Shown one piece after another: positions 1 to 12,660 of a stretch of 34,032 bases of DNA; within the stretch, counting starts at the first letter, position 1, and the number at the start of each line of letters is the position of its first letter. The notes below the pieces were generated by a model. The model worked only from the letters and a program-made list of their open reading frames with translations. It had not been told where the DNA came from and ran no database searches. The translations under genes and the position numbers were made by a program. The stretch comes from Nemertoderma westbladi (taxonomy: Eukaryota > Animalia > Xenacoelomorpha), in contig JAUCBJ010000244.1 of assembly GCA_032718475.1 (NCBI GenBank), positions 1 through 34,032 on the forward strand. Direction: 5' to 3'.

Positions 1-152
1 AGTGAGTATGTTAATTAAGATTGATCAATTAGCGTGGTAACAGTTTATACTTTCGATAATTCAAGCAGTTCTGCAGTTCACGGTACAGCAGTATCTATCC
101 AAAAATGCCGGTGTTTCTGGCTTAGACAGCAATAACAACAAAAAAGTAACAA

Positions 153-170
153 CTCTCTCTCTCTCTCTCT
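153..170. repeat. (CT)n microsatellite
   Basis: Run of about 9 CT dinucleotides. Confidence 0.9.
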
Positions 171-227
171 GTGAGACAGAACACTCTCCTTATGATCGGC
201 AGGAAAGCTACACGTCGACAGGAAAAA

Positions 228-272
228 CCGCCCTGATTGGCCCAAGCCAAACAAAGAACCACGCGGCCAATG
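228..272. promoter_or_regulatory. Possible promoter-like motif cluster (GC box + two CCAAT boxes)
   Basis: CCGCCC immediately followed by TGATTGG, then GGCCAATGG about 30 bp downstream. No associated gene is identified in the window. Confidence 0.25.
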
Positions 273-1083
273 GCTGTTTCCATGTCAGCAACCAGCTGCT
301 AGATGTCGTAATATGAATCATCACGGCTAAGCTGTGAAAGGTGGTTTGTGCATTACAAGTTTTTGTCTTACCATGTCCGCTAAAACACGTATATAGCAGA
401 ATGATTTTTATGTCCGTTAAAACACCTGTAAAGGTACCTTGCGGGCGAGGGGAATATATCTACAGTTAGAAAACCTTTTAGAGTATTCCAGCGCCTGTGG
501 GGAAACTGGATTGCAAAGCAAAAGGGGCCAGTTATATCCCACAGAAGCTTTTACACTAAGATTGGTTTATACATCTCTAATTCCATTGGCTTGTACATTC
601 TGTTGCGTTCTATGGCATTCCATTTCTGTAGCGCTGATGGGGCAACAAGCAGAGAACAGGAGAAGTTAGGCCTACTAATACATGAAAAATACTGGTTATT
701 GATCAGCTGTGATGTAGTGTTGGCAACGCACAGGCAGACTATTAGATACATTGTACAGTTGTATGGTATGTCTGCATACAGCAGTACAGTGTATGGACAG
801 CCGTGTGCAGCAGTGCAGTGTGTGTGTCATGTCAAGTACTAATTGCCGATAACATACCGGACCAAGATATTTTCAGAACATTACAATCGAACCTTAACCA
901 GTCATCAATTGAAGTTGACGAACAAGTAGAAATCATTCGCGCCAAGGAATCAAAGGCAAAGGAGTGTGACAGCTGTAAGGCGGATTTCAATCCCAGAAAT
1001 CAGTTAATTCTGAAAACACGGGGTATACGGTACTTTGTCGCAATAATTTTATTTATTTTATTTAATATTCTGTCGTAATAAAT

Positions 1084-1230
1084 CAGGTTACACTGTTATT
1101 TTTGGGAGTAATCAGGCGTTATTTGCGTCGACTTTCCCCTGGCCGCTTGGAGACATGAATTTTGATTGCATCGAAAGTTCACGCCCCCGCCCACCACCAA
1201 CCCCCCCCCCCCCCACCCCCCTCTCCCCCA
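1084..1230. mobile_element. Probable partial second copy of the same MITE family, inverted
   Basis: 1096-1142 matches the reverse complement of 18216-18262 at 43/47 nt. It is followed by TTGCATCGAAAGTTC and a C-rich tract resembling the MITE end. Boundaries are uncertain. Confidence 0.6.
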
Positions 1231-1605
1231 CCCACTTGACGTCGTTATTAGCCCGGTATATGTCGTTATAGCTCTATGGCATCACTATAGTTTGGTATAG
1301 GACGGTTTTAACTCGGTATAGCTCTGCATTGGATTGAATTGAATTGAACTCTCTTTTTATTAAAATTATAAAATAAAACAAATAACTAACGAAATCAACA
1401 ATTTACATTTAAATACTGTAAACTGAATTAGAAACGGCAATAATTACAAATAACCACATTCATGCCAAAACATTCAAAATTCCATGATTTATAGACTATG
1501 AGATAGATTTCATTATGCGCCTGTGGTAAAAGACTCTAAATTTAATAGTTTGAGGTTGTTGTCGATAATCGATTACCACATGAGGTAGCAAAACACTCAT
1601 TTTAT

Positions 1606-2448
1606 AGCCAAAAACATTTACCAATTGATGGAAAGGAGCAGGTTAAGGCCGTATTTTCTAACCATAACAATAAACAGTCACTTTACCAAATGAAGGAAAG
1701 GAGCAGGTTACAGAGGCTAGCCTTTCTAACCAAAACAATAAACGGTCACTTTACCAATTCGGGGAAAGGAGCAGGTTACAGAGGCGGGATTTTCTAACCA
1801 AAACAATAAACAATCACTTTACCAAATGAAGGAAAGGAGCAGGTTACATAGATGGTATTTTCTAGCCAAAACAATAAACGATAACATTACCAATTGAGAG
1901 AAAGGAGCAGGTTACAGAGGCGGGATTTCCTAACCAAAACAATAAACGATCACTTAACTAATTGAGCGAAAGGAGCACGTTACAGAGGCGGGATTTTCTA
2001 ACCAAAACAATAAACGATCACTTAACTAATTGAGGGAAAGGAGCAGGTTACAGAGGCGGGATTTTCTAACCAAAACAATAAACGATCGCTTAATTAATTG
2101 AGGGAAAGGAGCAGGTTACAGAGGCGGGATTTTCTAACCAAAACAATAAACAGTCACTTTACTAAATGAAGGAAAGGAGCAGGTTACAGAGGCGGGCCTT
2201 TCCAACCAAAACAATAAACGGTCACTTTACCAATTCAGGGAAAGGAAAAGGTTACAGAGGCGGGATTTCCTAACCAAAAGAATAAACGACCACTTACCAA
2301 ATTGAGGGAAAGGAGCAAGTTACAGAGGCGGGATTTTCTAACCAAAACAATAAACGATCACTTAACTAATTGAGGGAAAGGAGCAGGATACAGAGGCGGG
2401 ATTTTCTAACCAAAACAATAAACGATCACTTAACTAATTGAGGGAAAG
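1606..2448. repeat. Diverged 68-bp tandem array, about 12-13 copies
   Basis: GAAAGGAGCAGGTTACAGAGGCGGGATTTTCTAACCAAAACAATAAAC recurs every 68 bp (for example 1696, 1764, 1832 ... 2444) with several substitutions per copy. Confidence 0.95.
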
Positions 2449-2796
2449 CTATTACCTAACATTACCGTATTTAAAAGTTAGGCTACACAGTAGGCCTATA
2501 GCAGTACCGGTGCCGGTACTAAAATACCTAAAACACCTGCTTTATACATACATCTGTACATATAATACAGCAATACTGCAAAATAGTGCTCTATATACTA
2601 AAACCGGTACTGATAGCCTGAGAGAACAGCAGTAGAGAAACCGGTAGCATGGAACCCAACAGTAAAGTTCTGGAGGACATAAAAGTAAAAAAAAAAGACA
2701 TCATGAGTGATTTAAACGGACAATAAAAATTATTGCGAAATTTAACCACGAGTGAATAAATTCCGAACTAACCTGGAAACAATAAGTTGTTTAAAG

Positions 2797-3031
2797 CAAA
2801 ACAATTCAGTGAGTAGGCCTAACTACTGAATAATTGCTTCACCCAAAACAATTCAGTGAGTAGGCCTAACTACTGAATAATTGCTTCACCCAAAACAATT
2901 CAGTGAGTAGGCCTAACTACTGAATAATTGCTTCACCCAAAACAATTCAGTGAGTAGGCCTAACTACTGAATAATTGCTTCACCCAAAACAATTCAGTGA
3001 GTAGGCCTAACTACTGAATAATTGCTTCACC
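2797..3031. repeat. 47-bp tandem array, 5 copies
   Basis: Unit CAAAACAATTCAGTGAGTAGGCCTAACTACTGAATAATTGCTTCACC, an imperfect hairpin centred on TAGGCCTA. Confidence 0.97.
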
Positions 3032-3439
3032 CCTTGCTATTTCCTACTTATTTTTGATATTTCTTAAGAAACCGGATTAATGTTATGAATAAACCTTGTG
3101 ACATCATGTGATAGTCTATAATGCTTTCTGGGACTATTAGCCCTCTGCCGTTGAGTTGGGCCTATACCGAATACCCTACCTATTTATTGTTGATGGTAAT
3201 AAATATTATTGTATAAAACTGAATAATAAGGGACGATTTTATAGAATAATAATATATTGGATTCAAAACACAAAAAAGCAATTAGAAATAAAACTGAAAA
3301 TCTACAATTACAACAACAAAAATATTTATTAATACTCTGGAGCGAGGCCTATGAAACTTATTTATATATTCATGTAACAATTTCATACAGTAGTACTTTT
3401 AATAAAGTAAAAATATAAACATTCATCTGTTTGTTCGGA

Positions 3440-4061
3440 TCGGAGGAGCATAAGCTCAAAGGATGGTATGCTTGAGCATGTGGACGACTTCTGTTACCTG
3501 GGATCATGGATCCGGAAGTCAGATGAGGACCTTCGAATACGTAAGGGAAAGGCATGGGCAGCCTTGAATAGGCTTTCCAGGATTTGGAAGTCACCGAGAA
3601 TTACTCGGAAACTTAAGGTCCGATTATTTAGAGCAGCAAGAGTTCCAGTACTCCTCTATGGGAGTCCATGCTGGGCTCTAACTGCTGAGGACACCAAATC
3701 TCTGGATGGCACATTCACAAGAATGCTACGCCGGGTTCATTGTGTCAAGTACACTGCACACATCTCCAACCAGACACTATATAACATTGGAGGTGTCTCA
3801 TTGGTTCCCCCAAGCTTGACACTAGAACAAAATCGCCTCCGCTTTGCAGGACATTGCTTTCGCCCTGAGGACCAGCCAGTGCATAATCGTGTACTTTGGC
3901 AGCCTCATGGAGTGAATAAGCATGGGTGACAGCCCATGACTTTCTTGAGACGCATCTTAAAGGACACTGGCCTTAAAGATGCGGATGATCTAGCAAATAT
4001 CATGGGTGATAGGGAGTTGTGGCGGCGCAATTTTGTCGACAAGCCGGCACAGCATTCTTAA
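3440..4061 (+). mobile_element. 5'-truncated, inactivated RTE-clade non-LTR retrotransposon fragment (C-terminal part of RT ORF)
   Basis: LEHVDDFCYLGSWI...RKGKAWAALNRLSRIWKS...LKVRLFRA...VLLYG..CW.LT...LDG...RMLRR...RLRFAGHC are characteristic RTE post-RT motifs. The frame continues past an in-frame TGA (3927-3929) as QPMTFLRRILKDTGL...IMGDRELWRR to TAA at 4059-4061. The left boundary is approximate. Confidence 0.9.
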
Positions 4062-4550
4062 AAATGCAGCTGCAATGCAGCATGCCGATCCTAGTAGTTG
4101 TATGTACAGTACTACAGTATAATAGGTATGCATACTGTTGATTCGCATGTTTCCTTTTGAACAACTATTGTTTAGCGACAACTGCCACAAATGCGAAGTT
4201 CATAAGTTCGTAATTTTTTCAAAATTTAAAAAATTCTGCCTTGGTGGCAGTTGAAAATACCGTAGAGGCCCTAAAAAGGTTAAAGCGGCCCTGAGGATAC
4301 TGAATAAGAAAAAGCTAATAAAATACATAATAAAAAGCTAATAACGTACTTACGGTACATGAGTGTAGACTACTGTATAGTAGAGTAGTAATATAGTAGA
4401 GTTCGACTGAGAGAGTATTTAGTATTAAGATATTTATAGGACTAGTTGTCATTAATAAATGTTATACAGATTATTGTTTTTTTTTTAGAATCTAACTAAC
4501 GAATCAAACATTTAATTACATGATTAGCCAAGCAAAATCGAAAAACATGA

Positions 4551-6199
4551 AAACATATGATGCTACATGTAGTAAACACGAAACATGTGATGCTACATGT
4601 AGTAAACACGAAACATGTGATGCTACATGTAGTAAACACGAAACATGTGATGCTACATGTAGTAAACACGAAACACATGATGCTACATGTAGTAAACACG
4701 AAACATGTGATGCTACATGTAGTAAACACGAAACATGTGATGCTACATGTAGTAAACACGAAACATGTGATGCTACATGTAGTAAACACGAAACATGTGA
4801 TGCTACATGTAGTAAACACGAAACATATGATGCTACATGTAGTAAACACGAAACATATGATGCTACATGTAGTAAACACGAAACATGTGATGCTACATGT
4901 AGTAAACACGAAACATGTGATGCTACATGTAGTAAACACGAAACATGTGATGCTACATGTAGTAAACACGAAACATGTGATGCTACATGTAGTAAACACG
5001 AAACATATGATGCTACATGTAGTAAACACGAAACATATGATGCTACATGTAGTAAACACGAAACATGTGATGCTACATGTAGTAAACACGAAACATGTTA
5101 TGCTACATGTAGTAAACACGAAACATGTGATGCTACATGTAGTAAACACGAATGATGCTACATGTAGTAAACACGAAACATATGATGCTACAAGTAGTAA
5201 ACACGAAACATGTGATGCTACAAGTAGTAAACACGAAACATATGATGCTACAGTACATGTAGTAAACACGAAACATATGATGCTACATGTAGTAAACACG
5301 AAACATATGATGCTACATGTAGTAAACACGAAACATGTGATGCTACATGTAGTGAACACGAATGATGCTACATGTAGTAAACACGAAACATATGATGCTA
5401 CATGTAGTAAACACGAAACATATGATGCTACATGTAGTAAACACGAAACATATGATGCTACATGTAGTAAATACGAAACATATGATGCTACATGTAGTAA
5501 ACACGAAACATGTGATGCTACATGTAGTAAACACGAAACATGTGATGCTACATGTAGTAAACACGAAACATATGATGCTACATGTAGTAAACACGAAACA
5601 TATGATGCTACATGTAGTAAACACGAAACATATGATGCTACATGTAGTAAACACGAAACATATGATGCTACATGTAGTAAACACGAAACATATGATGCTA
5701 CATGTAGTAAACACGAAACATGATGCTACAAGTAGTAAAGACGAAACATATGATGCTACAAGTAGTAAACACGAAACATATGATGCTACAGTACATGTAG
5801 TAAACACGAAACATATGATGCTACATGTAGTAAACACGAAACACATGATGCTACATGTAGTAAACACGAAACATATGATGCTACATGTAGTAAACACGAA
5901 ACATATGATGCTACATGTAGTAAACACAAAACATATGATGCTACCTGTAGTAAACACGAAACATATGATGCTACATGTAGTAAACACGAAACATATGATG
6001 CTACAAGTAGTAAACACGAAACATATGATGCTACATGTAGTAAACACGAAACATATGATGCTACAAGTAGTAAACACGAAACATATGATGCTACATGTAG
6101 TAAACACGAAACATGTGATTCTACATGTAGTAAACACGAAACATGTGATGCTACATGTAGTAAACACGAAACATATGATGCTACATGGAGTAAACACGA
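4551..6199. repeat. 30-bp minisatellite, about 55 copies
   Basis: Unit AAACAT(A/G)TGATGCTACATGTAGTAAACACG, containing the palindrome CTACATGTAG. Confidence 0.98.
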
Positions 6200-7093
6200 G
6201 GCTAGAATAATAACAGGATGTGTAGGTAGCACACACTGCCAATAGAAGTTGAAGCGACGACAACTTAACAACTTATATTTAAATTATGCGATTTCTATGT
6301 TTCATATACCTAGAGTTCTAACTTTATAACGCAGGATATCTACAACTACAACATTAACACAACATAGCATTCTATGGAACCAACAACAAATAAAATAATA
6401 CTATAAAAGCACAATAAAGTTTGTAAACAAAATACAGCGAGTAACAATGTAAACAGATCGAAGAAAAACCGTAGTGTACTGAAGGTGGTTAAGGGGAAAA
6501 CAAAGGGAATATCTTTAAATGTCATCACAATAAATGTTTCATATACAAATATTTAAACTTGAAAAGTACCTTAGATACACAGTAGGTCTTCTAATTTTGA
6601 AATACAGTTTACATATTAACGTTAACGTGGTAAAATTTAGTACGTAAACGTTTGAAACAAACGGAAAATAATCTATACATAAAACAAAGCAAACTTTTAT
6701 ACAAAAAGAAAACTACGAATTTCAGTATGTTGATGTCGTCAGTTTATACCGGTACACAGTTTAGACTCACACAATGTGCTCTGACTGCTGCATATTGCGA
6801 AACAAACACTATTTTTTACCTTTACTTACTCAATTAAGTTAAATACCACAAAGTTACAGTAGTTAACTATTATAGACTTATACTGTAGTCATTCGTGATG
6901 ACTTTATGTATACAGTAAATATAAACTAATTACAAATAAATAAAACACATCAACAAAAGTTTCCACTAAATTTTTTAAGAAGAGTCGAAATAAAAAATAA
7001 ACCCATGATAAAAATGAATGTTGATAAATTTATTTCTTGAATGTCTATCATATCCCTATAATTAGTAAATCTATCGACGCTGTCCGTGGAACT

Positions 7094-7591
7094 CTAACAT
7101 TTGGTCTCGAACCCTCGAACTTCCTTGTCCAACCCGGGATACAAAGCAAACTCATCCGGTTTCTGGGTGCGGGAGCGGCCTGAGTAGGGGGAAGGACTCG
7201 AGAGCGGTCGTCCGAGCGGGGATGGTTCCGCGCTGGAGTCGTCATATCGTGGGACATCGTATTGGGGCTCGTCGTTGTAACGGGGCTCGTCGCTGTAACG
7301 GGGCTCGTCGCTGTAACGGGGCTCGTCGTTGTAACGGGGCTCGTCGTCGTACTGGGGCGGCCCCCGGTAGCCGCGCATCGGCGGGGTGTCGCCCCGGTAC
7401 GGACGCGACGGGGGGTACACGTCGTCGTCGTCGTCCGGGAGGCGGCTCGTCGGTGTCGGTCGTCTCCGGGCAGGCTCTCCGAGAGACGACGGCAGCGTCG
7501 ACGCCGGGGTGCCGAACGAATCATTCTTACGGGATTGGGGCGGGGGAGCAAAGGTGGCCGGCATGGTGCGCTGTTTGTGCGGCAAATAAAC
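7094..7591 (-). CDS. LRR transmembrane protein, last coding exon (Pro/Asp/Tyr-rich tail ending ETKC)
   Basis: Acceptor ttccttcatag|GTT (phase 0). GC-rich island in AT-rich flanks, open frame VYLPHKQRTMP...EVRGFETKC*. The four exons sum to 1368 nt = 455 aa + stop. Confidence 0.85.
   Translation of the reverse strand, partial: VYLPHKQRTMPATFAPPPQSRKNDSFGTPASTLPSSLGEPARRRPTPTSRLPDDDDDVYPPSRPYRGDTPPMRGYRGPPQYDDEPRYNDEPRYSDEPRYSDEPRYNDEPQYDVPRYDDSSAEPSPLGRPLSSPSPYSGRSRTQKPDEFALYPGLDKEVRGFETKC
7262..7352 (-). repeat. Coding 18-bp repeat (EPRY[S/N]D) in the LRR protein tail
   Basis: Plus-strand GGGGCTCGTCG(T/C)TGTAAC repeated about 5 times; translates as YDDEPRYNDEPRYSDEPRYSDEPRYNDEPQY. Confidence 0.9.
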
Positions 7592-8197
7592 CTATGAAGG
7601 AAATAATAATGGATAAGTTGAATTATGTTTGTTTCATTTTTTTTTTGTTTTGAAATTGTTTTGTAGGTCTAGTATTATACAATAATTACTGTACAAAGTG
7701 GATTAATAGAAAAGTCGTTTGTTTGTTACGATTCAAATCAATAATTTATTTTTTCAAAATAAAATAGCTAACATGTTCTGGTACATAAACGGTTACATAA
7801 AACATATAATCAATAATTATTAATGAAAACGGCTTTGAATTCGAGCGAAATAATGTGTCGATGTGAATGTGATACTCAATGAATCGCCGCATGCCTGCAA
7901 CTCTACGAGGGTTCCATAAAATCGCTGGTTTGAGATACTATGGCGTAGTTATTGGTTACATCTAACCATGGCGTAACCATTCTGTAATGGTTAAATGAAT
8001 GCTTGAAAGGGACTAGCCAATAAGGACGCATCTCTGCCTTGTATCCTTAAATGGTTTCTAAATGAGTAACAGTTTCTTCTGGGGAGTATAATTCTTGGGG
8101 GAACGCACTGGAAATACGTCGTAAAACTTTGTGCGTAATCCCTAGCTTTACTAATAAAACGGCGCTCCCTACACTCACTATCCGACGCATTACTTAC

Positions 8198-8308
8198 CTT
8201 GGATGGCGCATCAACATCAGTGTTTTCTGGAATCGCCAGACTGGGTTGCCGATGATGTTTGTAATCATCTGGACCCAGGTTCACCGATCGAATACTGCCG
8301 TCGAGTTT
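8198..8308 (-). CDS. LRR transmembrane protein, exon 3 (cytoplasmic, 37 aa)
   Basis: Acceptor tctatttacag|AAA and perfect donor AAG|GTAAGT. The exon is 111 nt, phase 0 at both ends, matching its neighbours. It reads KLDGSIRSVNLGPDDYKHHRQPSLAIPENTDVDAPSK. Confidence 0.85.
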
Positions 8309-10448
8309 CTGTAAATAGATCATCGCTTAATAAAGTAACAGTCTGTGTGACATTTGGTAATATTACAGTATTATGTAGGCTCACTGTCTTTGTATTGTAT
8401 AAGTGGCTTGCAATTCAGGTCTATATTTATATATGGGGCGAGCCTCGTAGTTGGAAAAGTCATTAGAAACCAGGAAACCAGCACTGACAGGAGGGGGGTT
8501 ACTGTAGGTCAATAATTGGGTAATATGTATTCAATAAACAATTGAATAAGGGGTAACAAGGTGCCCTGAATCCAGTGGCAGGATATGTTTTTTGTAAAAA
8601 CACGAGGAAAAGGTTGAAATGACGGGTTTAAGTAAGTAAGTGTGGGAAGCCAATTTTAAAAATCGGCTGTATTTGACGTCATCACAAAGTGTTTCGATAA
8701 TTTATTATCGTGGTTTCTATGGACAGTGTTGTTCGATCCATTCCGATACACATTAAATCTCGATGATTTTACATGGAGCTTGAATACAGTATTGTTGGAA
8801 ATACTGCCGGAAACAGCATTATTTATAAATGTTTCTCAACATTCAACATTTTTTTGCGCACCAACCCTATTGTAATGGCAGTAGTTGTCGTCGTTGCTAA
8901 TTACTCTAAGATTTAAAGCTGTCAAGTTAAAATTTGTGGACGCCAATAGTTGAGATTTTTGACAGACGTTTAGACTCCATTTATAAGTTCAACAGACTAA
9001 GTGACAACCGCTACAGGGCTAAATATCTAAACAATTAAAGTCCCCCCATTTCTTTGATTTTATTCCGTTCGAGCGGAAACTTGGCAGATATGAAATACAG
9101 TAGACGCGAACAATTGTATCAAATCTCCAAATTTCAAACAAGAACAAATCTCCAGTCTACCGCTTGGGGGCGAAATGACTGAAAACCTCATGCCATTTCG
9201 AATTTTATATAATCCTTGCGAGCTAATACCGGGCATACATAAATCTTTGTGAGTCTTTGTTTAAACCGTCAGAGCTACATAAATTATAGGCCTACATTTA
9301 AATGATGGAAAATCATAGCAAAAAGAAATCAAGGAATATAGAAATGGGCAAATTCACTAGTGATTTTCATCCCCATATTAAGGAGCCTGTATTTTATCCA
9401 AATTAATTGATGTTTGCACACTTGTATACAATAGGTAGCTAAAAATACCTAATTAACATAATTCATGCAATGAGTTTTTAAAACTCAAAAGCTCTTAGAA
9501 GGGAATGGTCTTCAAGCGCCCAAAATCTCATCATTTATAAACAATGCAATGGCATAATGAAACTACCTTATGACCAAAACTTTGATAAATGCTCATATTC
9601 TAAATTTATTTAAAAAACACAGATTTTAGGCAGATATTTTGACAGATTTTGTAATTTTTGGACAAAAATTGACACATTTTCTTAAATGTTTTCTGTTACA
9701 ACAACTAAATTTAGAAAAGTGTACCTAGGGATTGTTAAGCATCACTCAGAAATCATTCATGTGAAATTTCACACAAATTCGTTCATTTTTACCAAATCCT
9801 TTGCATTTTGAAATTTTAAATTTGCATTCTTAAGGAAACGTATTTAATGTTTAAGGTTAGGGTAATAATTTAATTAGATCTGTCCATTGAAATGTTAGAA
9901 TGCACACAACACAGCTGAAAATTTTGTTGCAAGTGTTTTCCGGGGCGGAGATTTCATTTCTAAAGTCAGTTGTTTTCTTTTTAGACACTGTCTGATTTGC
10001 TGTCTGTCTGTTCGTCAATATATAACCGACAGCTTAATAGACAATGTGGATGGCGTCAAACATGAAAATTGACATCGGAAATAAAATCATCAACCATGAA
10101 AACCCTCAGAATAAAATTAAGCTAGTTGGAATGCTGTCCTTATATTTTGATAGACGGATAGAGACCGACAGACAGACATAGTAGGTTTTGTTAAAAGTGA
10201 AAACTGACGGTGGAAATGAAATCAGCAACCATGGAAACCCCCATAACAAAACTTTTAGCTAGAAAGAATGCTTATATTTTATTATGACAGACAATCCGTC
10301 AGAAACACAATCACCGACAGACACTTACACACAGTAAGGTTAATATTATCACTCATAAATTTTGAACTGCAGTACATTAGCTATTAACAAACGGTTTTAA
10401 GTTTTAAAATCTTCATAAAAATCTCCACCAGGAGGGATTACGGAATTA

Positions 10449-11744
10449 GTGAACCTCCCTTAAACAAAATATATACACGAATCGTTCACCCTCCAATCCA
10501 AAGTGAACCTCCCTTAAACAAAATATATACACGAATCGTTCACCCTCCAATCCAAAGTGAACCTCCCTTAAACAAAATATATACACGAATCGTTCACCCT
10601 CCAATCCAAAGTGAACCTCCCTTAAACAAAATATATACACGAATCGTTCACCCTCCAATCCAAAGTGAACCTCCCTTAAACAAAATATATACACGAATCG
10701 TTCACCCTCCAATCCAAAGTGAACCTCCCTTAAACAAAATATATACACGAATCGTTCACCCTCCAATCCAAAGTGAACCTCCCTTAAACAAAATATATAC
10801 ACGAATCGTTCACCCTCCAATCCAAAGTGAACCTCCCTTAAACAAAATATATACACGAATCGTTCACCCTCCAATCCAAAGTGAACCTCCCTTAAACAAA
10901 ATATATACACGAATCGTTCACCCTCCAATCCAAAGTGAACCTCCCTTAAACAAAATATATACACGAATCGTTCACCCTCCAATCCAAAGTGAACCTCCCT
11001 TAAACAAAATATATACACGAATCGTTCACCCTCCAATCCAAAGTGAACCTCCCTTAAACAAAATATATACACGAATCGTTCACCCTCCAATCCAAAGTGA
11101 ACCTCCCTTAAACAAAATATATACACGAATCGTTCACCCTCCAATCCAAAGTGAACCTCCCTTAAACAAAATATATACACGAATCGTTCACCCTCCAATC
11201 CAAAGTGAACCTCCCTTAAACAAAATATATACACGAATCGTTCACCCTCCAATCCAAAGTGAACCTCCCTTAAACAAAATATATACACGAATCGTTCACC
11301 CTCCAATCCAAAGTGAACCTCCCTTAAACAAAATATATACACGAATCGTTCACCCTCCAATCCAAAGTGAACCTCCCTTAAACAAAATATATACACGAAT
11401 CGTTCACCCTCCAATCCAAAGTGAACCTCCCTTAAACAAAATATATACACGAATCGTTCACCCTCCAATCCAAAGTGAACCTCCCTTAAACAAAATATAT
11501 ACACGAATCGTTCACCCTCCAATCCAAAGTGAACCTCCCTTAAACAAAATATATACACGAATCGTTCACCCTCCAATCCAAAGTGAACCTCCCTTAAACA
11601 AAATATATACACGAATCGTTCACCCTCCAATCCAAAGTGAACCTCCCTTAAACAAAATATATACACGAATCGTTCACCCTCCAATCCAAAGTGAACCTCC
11701 CTTAAACAAAATATATACACGAATCGTTCACCCTCCAATCCAAA
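10449..11744. repeat. 54-bp tandem array, 24 apparently perfect copies, in intron 2 of the LRR gene
   Basis: Unit GTGAACCTCCCTTAAACAAAATATATACACGAATCGTTCACCCTCCAATCCAAA, with internal inverted repeat GTGAAC/GTTCAC. Confidence 0.98.
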
Positions 11745-11994
11745 CATATGATGAAAAAAAGGACATTTAATTTTTTAAAACAAAGGAAAAATTGGAAGAT
11801 GCAGTACAAAAAATTATATGTATATTTTGTACATTTGTACATAAAAAAGGAAACATTATTAAGGAAATATTGTAAAAAAAGATAAATTGCTAAAATAATA
11901 AATTGCTAAAAAAAAGGAAAACACAAAGCATTGAAAAAATAAACTCCGGAAGACCTGAGCTTCTAATTGTTTAGGGTAAAATAGAGAAACTAAC

Positions 11995-12637
11995 CCTGTC
12001 CATTTCTCTTTCCACAACCTTGGTTTTAGGCGAGGGTTTACAAACCGTCTTCCTCAAACACTCTGAGTAAACAATGTAGATGATGGCGGCGATCAAGGCA
12101 ACCAGGGTTACAACGAGAATGGCGATATGAGCCGGTCGCATGTACTCCTCACAGAGATCCTTGTCTATGTCCCACGGTAAACTCTTATTGAAACCGAATG
12201 GAGTGTAACAGTTGAGATACGATACGTTTAGGTAGCTACCTTTCGGTAAAGGGACTACATCACCATAATCACTAGACTCATATCGTTCGCGCCCTCTCAA
12301 ACAATCCGCCAGACGTTTGGTGCTGCAGTTGCAATGAATGGGGTTTCCTCTAAATGTGAATGTAGCTTGAATACTCTGCGTCTTGTTTAGAACGTTACAT
12401 TCGAAAGTCTCTATTTGATTGTAATCCAAATTCACTTGCCGCAGGTTTCTTAGGCATCTAAAGGTATCCTCGAGGAGGTATCTGATGGTGTTATTATTCG
12501 CGTGAATTTCTTCCAGATCCGGGTAGGGCCTGAAGCTGTCCTCGTCTAGGTGTGTTATTACGTTGTTGCTGAGGAACAACTTTGAAATCCCGCAGCCTAA
12601 ATCTCTGGGTACCTCTTTTAGTCCCAAGTTGGTGCAA
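11995..12637 (-). CDS. LRR transmembrane protein, exon 2 (LRRNT end, three LRRs, LRRCT, transmembrane helix)
   Basis: Acceptor ttgtatattttag|T at 12638/12637. LRRs: ISKLFLSNNVITHL, LEEIHANNNTIRYL, LRQVNLDYNQIETF. LRRCT: FRGNPIHCNC...C...C. TM: IAILVVTLVALIAAIIYIVY. Donor AGG|GTTAGT at 11995/11994 (phase 0). Confidence 0.92.
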
Positions 12638-12660
12638 CTAAAATATACAAATAAATATAA

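Noticed and set aside
439-1078. Short ORFs of 66-91 aa near the window start
   Set aside because: No recognisable domains or consistent splice structure.
4496-6271. Repetitive ORFs (FTTCSIICFV, MLHVVNTKH, DATCSKHET)
   Set aside because: Translations of the 30-bp minisatellite with frame-breaking indels and no splice or domain context.
7048-7653. Alternative overlapping ORFs around the last LRR exon
   Set aside because: GC-rich shadow frames; only the 7094-7591 frame fits the phase-0 acceptor.
10446-11747. 433-aa ORF as an independent gene
   Set aside because: It coincides exactly with the 54-bp array and has no unique sequence or ATG start context.
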